DNA from: a virus
Taxonomy: Duplodnaviria; Caudoviricetes
Direction: 5' to 3' (one strand)
IMG/VR virus record: IMGVR_UViG_3300033066_000592
Span: 1-64,000 of that record
DNA: 64,000 nucleotides
Part shown: piece after piece, positions 43,469 through 51,914 of the stretch
Layout of the letters: each line of letters starts with the position of its first letter
Numbering within the stretch: position 1 is the stretch's first letter
Notes under the pieces: generated by a model
Databases searched by the model: none
Told to the model about the DNA's origin: nothing
The model's input: the letters and a program-made list of their open reading frames with translations, nothing else
Program-made: the position numbers and the translations under genes

Positions 43469-44944
43469 ATGTACGATAACGGAAACCTGTCAGAACTTGC
43501 CGGCGGCGGCGCGTCCTTTGGCGTCGGTCTGCCAGAGAACTACTTCGGCGCCGGTTTCGGTGGTGCGACCGAGAGCGAGATCCGCAAGGCGCTCACGATC
43601 GGCACGCAGCATCCGGCCGTCAGTGGCGGCATGACGCTCACGAGTCAGTCCCTGGAAGGGACCATGCGCGTCACGACGCTCAACATGAGCCACATCAAGT
43701 TCTACAAGAAGCTGTCGCGGCTCGGCGCCGACAACACGGTGCTGGAGTACAACCTGCAAGACAGCTACGGCCAGACCCGCGCCGGAGCCTTCACCAAGGA
43801 AGGCGAGCTGCCGCAGCAGCAGGATGCCGCGTATCGCCGCGCGCTCGCGCAAGTCAAGTACCTGGGCACGCAGCGTGGCGTCAGCCATCCGATGACGGTC
43901 GTGAAGTCGGCCTTCGGCAACGTCATCGCGCTGGAAACGACCAACGGCGTCATCTATCTGATGTACCAGCTGGAAAAGGCCCTGTTCAAAGGCGACAGCA
44001 CGATCGTGCCCGAGTCCTTCGACGGCATCTTCCAGCAGATCGTGCAGCATCCTGTTGCGCGTCGCCGGAACATCATCGACCTGCGCAACGGCGTCGTCAC
44101 GCAAGACATCATCGAGCAGGCGTCGAACATCATCGTCTCTGCACTGGGCGAGCCGACGGATCTCGTGTTCTCGCCGAAAGCGCATTCGGACTACAGCCGC
44201 CAGTTCTACCCGATCCAGCGTGCGGGCCTGCCGATCGCGACTTCGCAGGGTACCGTCGGCTTCGTGGTGCAAGAGACGCTGACCACGGGCGGTATGATCA
44301 AGCTGGAGAACAACCTGTTCCTGCGGCCTGGCGAAATCGGTTCACTGAGCGAAGGCGACACCGACAAGGCGCCGCCGAGCGTAGCCAGTTCGCCGAAGGC
44401 CCCGCTGCCTCCGACGATCGCGCTGGCCGCCGCCGTGGGCATCGGCAGCAAGTTCAGTGCTGCCGATGTCGGCACCTATCGCATCCGTGTGTCGGCCAAG
44501 AACCGCTTCGGCGAAAGCGCCGCGTCGTCGTCGTCGTCGGTCCTTGTGGCTGCTGCCGGTGACGGCATCCAGATCACCATCACGGATGGCGGTGGTCTCG
44601 GAGATCAGACGACGACGGGCTTCATCATCTATCGCAGCGCCGATCCGAATGCCATCGCCGGTACCGAAGAGGTCATGGTCGAAGTGCCGCGTACGCCTGG
44701 CGCGACCACGATCACGATCGACGCCAACGATGACATCCCTGGCACGAGCAAGGCGCTGATGTACAACGCCTCGCTGCAGGTGATGTCGTGGCGTCAGCTG
44801 CTGCCGATGATGAAGGTCGCGCTGGCCACCACGGCGCCTTCGGTGCAGTGGATGCAGCTGCTGTACGGTACGCCCATCGTGTACCAGCCCACCAAGGTCG
44901 TGCTGCTACGCAACATCCGTGATCGTCAAGCGCTGCTGTCGTAG
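43469..44944 (+). CDS. major capsid protein (SPO1/Twort-type)
   Basis: QSLEGT, EYN...F..EGELP...D..Y.R....KYL, LEKALFKGDS...FDG; FN3-like YRI.V..KNRFGES insertion. Confidence 0.92.
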   Translation: MYDNGNLSELAGGGASFGVGLPENYFGAGFGGATESEIRKALTIGTQHPAVSGGMTLTSQSLEGTMRVTTLNMSHIKFYKKLSRLGADNTVLEYNLQDSYGQTRAGAFTKEGELPQQQDAAYRRALAQVKYLGTQRGVSHPMTVVKSAFGNVIALETTNGVIYLMYQLEKALFKGDSTIVPESFDGIFQQIVQHPVARRRNIIDLRNGVVTQDIIEQASNIIVSALGEPTDLVFSPKAHSDYSRQFYPIQRAGLPIATSQGTVGFVVQETLTTGGMIKLENNLFLRPGEIGSLSEGDTDKAPPSVASSPKAPLPPTIALAAAVGIGSKFSAADVGTYRIRVSAKNRFGESAASSSSSVLVAAAGDGIQITITDGGGLGDQTTTGFIIYRSADPNAIAGTEEVMVEVPRTPGATTITIDANDDIPGTSKALMYNASLQVMSWRQLLPMMKVALATTAPSVQWMQLLYGTPIVYQPTKVVLLRNIRDRQALLS

Positions 44945-45051
44945 TACCGCCTCAGCGTTCTGCTGATTCCTTCCTACAAATCACGTAAGTATCGCGCTGC
45001 TGTGTAGTACGCTTTTGCGAGCGCACTATCAACAGCGCGAAAGGATTACTC

Positions 45052-45708
45052 ATGAACCCGCAACAGGTCGTCACCGGACAGGACATCGTGCAGGTGCAGC
45101 TCAATGCGCGAGCTGACGCCACAGGCAAGCCTCACTTGGCGAATACGTCGCTCAGCACGACGTGGGGCGTTTTGCAGTTCGACAAAGATGGTCGCTCGGT
45201 GGCCAAGCTGCCCACAACGGCGCTGCCCATGCTGGCGAAGTACAACATCGACTTCAGCCATACGGTCGATCCTGATCTGGCCGCAGAGCAGAACGTCAAG
45301 GCGCCCACGGGCCCTGTCGATCACAAGAAGCTGCTGTTCCTGCTGGAGCAGCGTCACGGTGAGCTTGCCAACGAGCACGATGATGCACTGCGCGCGATCG
45401 AGTCCCAGCGACGTCAGCTCGACGAGTATCGGCGCGAACACCAACCACTGCACGAGCGTCTGCAAGTGGCTGAGAGCCGCATCCGTGAGTTGACGGACGA
45501 CTTGGAGCTGCAACGCGGTCGTGCTGAAAACGCCGAGAAGTTGCTCGGCGAAGCTGCAACGCTGCGTGATCAGGCCAAGCAACTTCTTGGTGAGCTGGAA
45601 GCTGTGAAGGCGTCATTGGCCGCTGCCAACGAGCAGCTTGAAGCCTTGCGCACTGCTGAGACGCCGCGCAGCCCTGAGACGCCGTCGACCAAGCGCAAAG
45701 ACCGCTAA
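45052..45708 (+). CDS. coiled-coil protein downstream of major capsid gene
   Basis: LQFDKDG N-terminal part; heptad-rich C-terminal half. Confidence 0.7.
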   Translation: MNPQQVVTGQDIVQVQLNARADATGKPHLANTSLSTTWGVLQFDKDGRSVAKLPTTALPMLAKYNIDFSHTVDPDLAAEQNVKAPTGPVDHKKLLFLLEQRHGELANEHDDALRAIESQRRQLDEYRREHQPLHERLQVAESRIRELTDDLELQRGRAENAEKLLGEAATLRDQAKQLLGELEAVKASLAAANEQLEALRTAETPRSPETPSTKRKDR

Positions 45709-45738
45709 GCCTGGCTTCCGATAGGCCACGCTGCTATC

Positions 45739-46530
45739 GTGGCTCTCGTGCTTCCTCGACCCTTCTATGTAGACATCAGCGACTTCACCGCTGCCTACCT
45801 CAAGAAAAACTATCTCATCGGCTTCAAGTTCGTCGACGGAAATGGCGTCGAACTTGAAGACAGTGTGTACGAGCACTGGCTTTCAGTCGCTGTTGCGATG
45901 CTTGAAACCAAGCTGAGTATCGCGATCTGGCCTGTGGATGTCATAGACGAGAAGCACGAATACTACGTTGAGGACTACGTCAACTACGCGTTCGTGCCAC
46001 TTGAGAAATGGCCCGTGCGCGATGTCACAGAAGTGTCGATTCACTACGCGCCAGATAAGAAGATCCTGGTCTATCCGCATGAGTGGTTGCGCATTCATAA
46101 GTCAGCCGGACAGCTGCAGCTAATACCCACGCTTTCGCAGTCAGCACCTTTGTCGATCGTTGGGTTTCAGAGTTCATGGGTGCCCTTCATCCTGAACATC
46201 TACAGCAACAAATTTCCACAATACTGGTACGTCAGTTACAGCGCAGGGTTTGACAACAAGATCCCGGCAGATGTTGCTGACGCAATCTTCAAACTCGCTG
46301 TCACGGATATGTACATCCTGATGGGCGTAACGGCTGTGCCGATTGGTGTTGCGTCTGAGTCTGTGTCTGTGGACGGTCTCAGTCAGAGCCGCAGCTACAA
46401 TGAACCGTTCAAGGCTGTTCTCGACAGATATAACAAAAGCTTGTATGGCACGCCTGGTAATCCAAATGATCCAGGTATCATCGCTAACCTCGTCGCCAAG
46501 TACAAAGGCGTCATGATCGAATCGCTGTAG
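45739..46530 (+). CDS. head-tail adaptor/connector; start may be GTG 45748
   Basis: YVSYSAGF...IPADV.DAI..L, S.SVDGLSQS; position after the capsid gene. Confidence 0.75.
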   Translation: MALVLPRPFYVDISDFTAAYLKKNYLIGFKFVDGNGVELEDSVYEHWLSVAVAMLETKLSIAIWPVDVIDEKHEYYVEDYVNYAFVPLEKWPVRDVTEVSIHYAPDKKILVYPHEWLRIHKSAGQLQLIPTLSQSAPLSIVGFQSSWVPFILNIYSNKFPQYWYVSYSAGFDNKIPADVADAIFKLAVTDMYILMGVTAVPIGVASESVSVDGLSQSRSYNEPFKAVLDRYNKSLYGTPGNPNDPGIIANLVAKYKGVMIESL

Positions 46531-46542
46531 GAGAGAGCTTGC

Positions 46543-46851
46543 ATGAATACGCAAGGTGAAAGCAGCACAGGTGTTTTGAACCTAGCCAGTACAGGTGAGT
46601 TGCAAGTGGTTGACGTACAGACCGTGACGCGCGGTGACGCCACATTCGCGCGCAACCTACAGCTGTACAACTTCGGTCCTGACCCGATAGAGGTAGCGTT
46701 CGGCAACGGTGAGCTGAGTGCATTCGTACCTGTCGCCATAAGCCAGCCTTTCGGCACGGACGGTCCTATCACAAAATTCGCGTTGCGCGCTGCTCCTGCA
46801 TCTGTAGGTGCGCGGGTCTCCTATAGCTTGCGAAATGCAGGTGGTAAGTGA
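46543..46851 (+). CDS. hypothetical virion protein
   Basis: AGGAG RBS. Confidence 0.55.
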   Translation: MNTQGESSTGVLNLASTGELQVVDVQTVTRGDATFARNLQLYNFGPDPIEVAFGNGELSAFVPVAISQPFGTDGPITKFALRAAPASVGARVSYSLRNAGGK

Positions 46852-47249
46852 CTGGTTGGGGATCTGGGGCAGGTCCTGCCGGTCCTGCCGGTCCTGCCGG
46901 TCCTGCTTACGAAACGGTGGCATCGGACACCGCCGCTAGTGCTGGCGACGTAGCGCGGCGGGTGCCAGGAGGTCACATCGAAAAAGCCACAGGCGGCGCT
47001 GCAGGCGATGGCGAAGGCTGCGTTGGTATGTATGGTGCAAACGTAATTGGAGGCGCAAGCGCCACGCTTTACCGTACCGGGTCGCGCTGCCCGGTCGCGG
47101 GGCTACCTGTTGGCGAACTCTGGCGCAGCAACACAGGCACAGCGGTGCAGTATTCGTCGATTGTGTTCGGGGAGTACACCAACCGGATCGGGTACTCCGA
47201 TGGTGCTGGCGTCGATGTGAACATTGGACCCGAGGAGCAAAAGCCATGA
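46848..47249 (+). CDS. protein with short collagen-like GPA repeat
   Basis: GTGA coupling; GPAGPAGPAGPA. Confidence 0.6.
   Translation: MTGWGSGAGPAGPAGPAGPAYETVASDTAASAGDVARRVPGGHIEKATGGAAGDGEGCVGMYGANVIGGASATLYRTGSRCPVAGLPVGELWRSNTGTAVQYSSIVFGEYTNRIGYSDGAGVDVNIGPEEQKP
46872..46906. repeat. 9-bp tandem repeat (GGTCCTGCC, about 4 copies)
   Basis: Seen directly in the sequence. Confidence 0.9.
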
Positions 47250-48991
47250 AACGTCTATCAGCCTATCTGTGCTTTGCGCTGGCCGTGCTGCTTGCCGCAC
47301 CGGCGCACGCGTACAAGCCGCAGTGCAAAGACGCCTCTGGGCGCCTGATTCAATGCACTGGCAACCTAGACAACACGCAGGCACCGACCTCGATCGCTGC
47401 CTCGACACTGACCGGTGCTGTCGGCGTGCCGAATGGCGGCACCGGCGCAACGTCGATGACGGCACACGGCGCAGTTGTCGTGGACGGTTCGGGCACAGCA
47501 CTGCAGGCGACAAATGCGCCAACAACGGCCGGCCAGCATCTCATGTGGGACGGCGCGCAGTGGCTGCCCGGTATTCAGACAGGGACGGTCTACTACTTCC
47601 GCCGGGACGCTTCGGACATTGGCGGCGGCTATGAGCAGATCACGCAGACGCCGCAGACGGGCGCGGAAAAGACCGCATCGACGACGCTAAACAATGCGTC
47701 AGGAACGGTGGTGTTTGACCGATACGCCACCAATGTAGGCGAGCCGGGTCTAACGCAGTTGCTAGCGGGAACCTGGGAATTTGACATTTACGCCCAGGTA
47801 TCATCCACGGCGGGCGGTAACTCAACTAACGTCGTGATCCAAGTCTACCAACGCACGACTGGCGGCACAGAGACGCTGTTGTTTAGCACAACAAGCCCTG
47901 CGCTAGACAGCACAAGCCCAAAGCTGTATTCGTGGCTGTACACGCAGGCCGCCGACATTGCGCTGGCTATCACAGATCGATTAGTAGTTAAGGTTGCGGC
48001 GACCAATAGCAGCGTAACAAATCGCACGGTTACGTTCTACTATGAGGGCACATCGCGTTACTCTCATTTCCATCCGCCGTTTTTATCGCTGATTGACGGT
48101 GGTTCGCTGGTGACGGTCGGCGGAACCCAGACAATCACAGGCGCTAAGACGTTTAGCGTCGCGCCGATCATGTCCGGCGCAAACATCACCGCAGCGACGG
48201 TGCCAGCGGCGAAGCTCAGCGGCGGCACGTTGGGTCGTCTGCTGTACGATGACGGCACCGGCGGCGCATGGCTTGGCGTTGGTACGTCGGGCTATCTGCT
48301 GCAGTCCGCGGCACCTGGCTTTGCGCCGGTGTGGTCCAACACCATCAGCGGAATCACAATCCCAGCTGATCTCAACACGATCACCAACCTGACCACCGCA
48401 TCGCTCGCCCCGGCCTTCGTGCTGGGCGCTGCCAACGGCGGCACGGGGCAGTCGACTTACACCGCTGGGCAGACACTGTATGCGACCGGAGCCACCACGC
48501 TCGCAAAGCTCAGTATCGGCGCGGCCAACACGGTCTACACCAGCACGGGCAGTGCGCCAAGCTGGGCGGCCCTGCCCACGGCGTCGAGTGGGTCCGCTGT
48601 GCTTGGTGCGGCCTTTCCGCTGACGACGACGGATGTTTATCAAGACACTGGCTTAAACGCGTCACTGCCAAGCGCTGGCACGTATCAGATAACGGCACAG
48701 GTCAAAGCTACGCTGCTGGCAACAACCGGAGCCCCTTATGCGGTGTGTCGTCTCTACAACGTCACAGCGGGAGCCGCCGTGACAAACACAGAATTGTTTG
48801 TCGCATTTGCTCCTGCCGCCGGCACATATGGGATTAACACCGCAACTGGGATTTATGTTGTTACCATCGGATCGGCTGCGACGGTGCGGCTAGACTGCGC
48901 GCGAAGACAAGCCACCGTCTGGTCACAGGCTGAGATTAGCAGCGACCCAGACGGCAAAACTCTGATCACTTGGGTCAAGTGGGCGTCATGA
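47246..48991 (+). CDS. fibre-like Thr/Gly-rich protein with N-terminal signal peptide
   Basis: MKRLSAYLCFALAVLLAAPAHA; NGGTG motifs; TQTITGAKTF. Confidence 0.7.
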   Translation: MKRLSAYLCFALAVLLAAPAHAYKPQCKDASGRLIQCTGNLDNTQAPTSIAASTLTGAVGVPNGGTGATSMTAHGAVVVDGSGTALQATNAPTTAGQHLMWDGAQWLPGIQTGTVYYFRRDASDIGGGYEQITQTPQTGAEKTASTTLNNASGTVVFDRYATNVGEPGLTQLLAGTWEFDIYAQVSSTAGGNSTNVVIQVYQRTTGGTETLLFSTTSPALDSTSPKLYSWLYTQAADIALAITDRLVVKVAATNSSVTNRTVTFYYEGTSRYSHFHPPFLSLIDGGSLVTVGGTQTITGAKTFSVAPIMSGANITAATVPAAKLSGGTLGRLLYDDGTGGAWLGVGTSGYLLQSAAPGFAPVWSNTISGITIPADLNTITNLTTASLAPAFVLGAANGGTGQSTYTAGQTLYATGATTLAKLSIGAANTVYTSTGSAPSWAALPTASSGSAVLGAAFPLTTTDVYQDTGLNASLPSAGTYQITAQVKATLLATTGAPYAVCRLYNVTAGAAVTNTELFVAFAPAAGTYGINTATGIYVVTIGSAATVRLDCARRQATVWSQAEISSDPDGKTLITWVKWAS

Positions 48992-49566
48992 TGCGCGCGC
49001 TTGTGTTTGCGGCCTTTTGCCTGGCTTGCGGTCCAATGCCCGGCGTGTCGCGTCCGGCATCAAAGCAGGCCGAGCGTACGCCTGCTGCTTGGCCCGATCC
49101 GGTGCCGTACTGCCAGCGACCTGCGCCGATGCCGTCTTGTGCCAACGGCTGCCCAGAAGCAAGCGACTGCATCGAAGGTCAGTGTGTGCCCGTTTGGGAG
49201 GCAGATGGTGAGCATCGTTGCATTCCGGCAGATCGGCCCGTCGTTCTATGCCAAGGCAACACCGCACACCATGGTGTCTTTGTCGACGGTCGACAGGTCC
49301 GCTACTTATCAGTGTTGATACCGGCTGCGGTGTCGGTTCTTGGTCGTGCGGCGTGGCGTGTCTACGACGCAAGCCCGGATTTGCGTCCGCGTGCCTGGCT
49401 GGATAGCGTTAGTCAGAGCTATTGGTTCTCGTTGGTGCTTGATTGCGACAAGAACATTCCCCGCTACGAGCGTGCCGATTTGCTGTCCTCACCCGAAGCC
49501 GCAAACTGGTCTATCTATCTACTAGTTTTTGACGGTGGCGGCGGTCCTCGTGAGGTGATTCCGTGA
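48988..49566 (+). CDS. Cys-rich lipoprotein
   Basis: MMRALVFAAFCLAC lipobox; CANGCPEASDCIEGQC. Confidence 0.65.
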   Translation: MMRALVFAAFCLACGPMPGVSRPASKQAERTPAAWPDPVPYCQRPAPMPSCANGCPEASDCIEGQCVPVWEADGEHRCIPADRPVVLCQGNTAHHGVFVDGRQVRYLSVLIPAAVSVLGRAAWRVYDASPDLRPRAWLDSVSQSYWFSLVLDCDKNIPRYERADLLSSPEAANWSIYLLVFDGGGGPREVIP

Positions 49567-49641
49567 TCAAGATACCCTCGCCTCTGGCGGTTGGTTGCGT
49601 GTCGTTTTAGTTCGGGTACATCAACGCTAGGAAGTGATTGA

Positions 49642-50484
49642 ATGCCTATCGTCGTCGGTATGGGACCTTTGTTGGGTGGTCCTAAATACACAGGCACACC
49701 GTCACCCAAAGGCACGTGGGCGAAAGTGTGGGACGATTTCGACGTTCCATTTGCACGTGACGGTTTTGCACGACTTATCAGTGCGCACGGAACAGACGTA
49801 CTGTGGGAGAAGTCTGTTCCATGTCCAAAGCTGTCACCTGTCGATAAACGCCATCATCACGACTTCGCGTGTCGTGTCTGCGACGGTTTTGGTCGCATTT
49901 ACATCGATCCCCAAGCGGCCCCGATGCTGATACAGGCGATTGATTTGCACCAACAGTACAGCGCGCAGTCTCGCGTGGATTCAGGTACAGCACGCGTCAC
50001 AGCGATGCCTGAATTTCGGCTTAGTGAAGGTGATCGACTGACACTTGTGACAGCTATCGACCGTTTTGAAGAAAAGGTTCTGCGCTCACGCACGTCTGAC
50101 ACCGACGATGCGAAGTACCCGATCGTTGCGACGATCGTGTACGACAGTTCGCCTGGTGCATTCAACGTGTCTTGGGTAGACCGTACCGGTGTGCTCAAGA
50201 CGTACGTGCAAGGCGTAGATTTCCAGATCACAGTGTCTGGACGAATCAGATGGCTGAATCTGGCAGGACAACCTGATGCAGATTCGTTCTACAGCGTGGC
50301 CTACCACTACCATCCGCGCTACATCGTCATTCCAGACTTGCTGCATCAAGTTCGGATGCAGCCAGTGAAAGGCCGCGCCTGGGAATTTCCAGTACAGGTC
50401 ATGGCTAAGTACGAATATCTCATGCGAGACGAGAGCCGCGATGCGCCTGTCAGTCCGGTGCCAGATCCCGTCATCCGTAAGTGA
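49642..50484 (+). CDS. neck / head-closure protein
   Basis: WEKSVPCP...CRVCDGFG.IY pattern of SPO1-type neck proteins. Confidence 0.7.
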   Translation: MPIVVGMGPLLGGPKYTGTPSPKGTWAKVWDDFDVPFARDGFARLISAHGTDVLWEKSVPCPKLSPVDKRHHHDFACRVCDGFGRIYIDPQAAPMLIQAIDLHQQYSAQSRVDSGTARVTAMPEFRLSEGDRLTLVTAIDRFEEKVLRSRTSDTDDAKYPIVATIVYDSSPGAFNVSWVDRTGVLKTYVQGVDFQITVSGRIRWLNLAGQPDADSFYSVAYHYHPRYIVIPDLLHQVRMQPVKGRAWEFPVQVMAKYEYLMRDESRDAPVSPVPDPVIRK

Positions 50485-50488
50485 CGCC

Positions 50489-50962
50489 GTGTTTGTGAAA
50501 GTGCAGCGCGATATCACAGCGCTTCTGCCTGGCATACGCGCTTCTATGGCGGCGGCTCTTATGGAGGCTGTGAAGCTCGAAGCGAGAAGTCAGCTTCACA
50601 GCACGTACGATGCGTACGTAGCTGGTTTACCTGTGCAAACTACAGACGATGGCGAGCATGTCACCGTTCGTTTGCAGGGCGCTCTGCCTGAGATGCTAGA
50701 GCGCGGCTTTGCGGCATTCGACATGAAGCCGGGCCTGCTTAAAGGCGCCAAGACGTCGAAGACAGGCAAGGCGTATCGCAACGTACAGCTAGGCAAAACA
50801 GGTCAATTCCGGCGGGTGTCAGAGAAAAGCGCAGCCGCGTCGTGGCGACATCCGGGCTATCCTGGTCTTCACCTGTTTGAAGTTGTGCCGCCACGCATCG
50901 AAGAACATCTACGCAAGGTGGTGGCACGTGATCTCGCCGCGAAAGGTTACGTGATCAAGTGA
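50489..50962 (+). CDS. neck / tail completion protein; start uncertain
   Basis: MLERGFAAFDMKPGLL, FRRVS..S...SW.HPG. Confidence 0.6.
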   Translation: MFVKVQRDITALLPGIRASMAAALMEAVKLEARSQLHSTYDAYVAGLPVQTTDDGEHVTVRLQGALPEMLERGFAAFDMKPGLLKGAKTSKTGKAYRNVQLGKTGQFRRVSEKSAAASWRHPGYPGLHLFEVVPPRIEEHLRKVVARDLAAKGYVIK

Positions 50963-51657
50963 GAACGCTAGACGGAGAAGATCCAGCCCGAAACTATGCG
51001 GAGCCTGCTACAGAGGCGCTTGGTTCGCGTTGCCATGACGTGTTGCTACGTGACCTGCTGGAGTGGGCACTCGCCAACGTGGCGCGCAATGTGCGTACGC
51101 CTGAAGACGTGCTACCTGAGCTGTTCAAGACGCACCCAGAGCACGTCATCTCGCAGATGCAGGACTACATGCAGCAGCATCGGAACATTCCGATCAACCT
51201 GCACTGGCCCCGCGAAGACGCCAGCTTGCCGTTTGTCGCCGTGGTGCTCAGCACGAACAGCAACGACGAAGTGCAGTCACTAGGCAACGAGGTCGGCACG
51301 AATCGACGTGACATGCAGTCGATTTACCAAGTCGGCGAAGACGTTCGTATCGACTTGTATGTCACGACGCTGGACCCCAACTTCACGATCCTGCTGGCTG
51401 AGCTGATCAAGCGCATCATGTGGGTCAACTCTGTGGCACTTGAGGGCTATCACGCCATGCGTGGCATGACTCTCAGCATGCAGGATGTGCGTCACTCGAT
51501 TGAGTACCTACCCAAGTTCTGTTATACGAGGGTCGTAATGGTTAAATTTGGCACCGACTTCCAGTGGTCCCACGATGAGCGGGTCTTGCGAGCCGTGTGC
51601 GTGGACTTCTTGTCGCGCGGCGTCTACGTCAAGCGAGACGGAACGGTGGCACCATGA
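50959..51657 (+). CDS. tail terminator-like protein
   Basis: Position before sheath; LPFVAVV; GTGA coupling. Confidence 0.55.
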   Translation: MRTLDGEDPARNYAEPATEALGSRCHDVLLRDLLEWALANVARNVRTPEDVLPELFKTHPEHVISQMQDYMQQHRNIPINLHWPREDASLPFVAVVLSTNSNDEVQSLGNEVGTNRRDMQSIYQVGEDVRIDLYVTTLDPNFTILLAELIKRIMWVNSVALEGYHAMRGMTLSMQDVRHSIEYLPKFCYTRVVMVKFGTDFQWSHDERVLRAVCVDFLSRGVYVKRDGTVAP

Positions 51658-51887
51658 AAGAGTACAAAGGCCAGACGCATTTTCCTGTACGAGCACATGC
51701 CGCAGTGTTGGCGATCAACGAACGGCGCGCTCGCTACGAACAGGAAGACGGCGCCATACCGCTCACCACGTATCTGGTGAGCGTCGGCGTGAAAACGCAG
51801 ACCGAAATTGACATGCGAATCGCTCATGCCAAGGGCGTGCAGCGTGCGACGCCCAAAGCATGGGCTGACATCTTCTCCGACTTCTAA
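51654..51887 (+). CDS. small pre-sheath protein
   Basis: ATGA coupling. Confidence 0.55.
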   Translation: MKEYKGQTHFPVRAHAAVLAINERRARYEQEDGAIPLTTYLVSVGVKTQTEIDMRIAHAKGVQRATPKAWADIFSDF

Positions 51888-51914
51888 CGGCGAGACGCCT
51901 AGAGAGGCTACGAC

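Noticed and set aside
44520-44540. TCG repeat (poly-Ser) in the capsid gene
   Set aside because: Short in-frame low-complexity run in the FN3-like insertion; no sign of phase variation.
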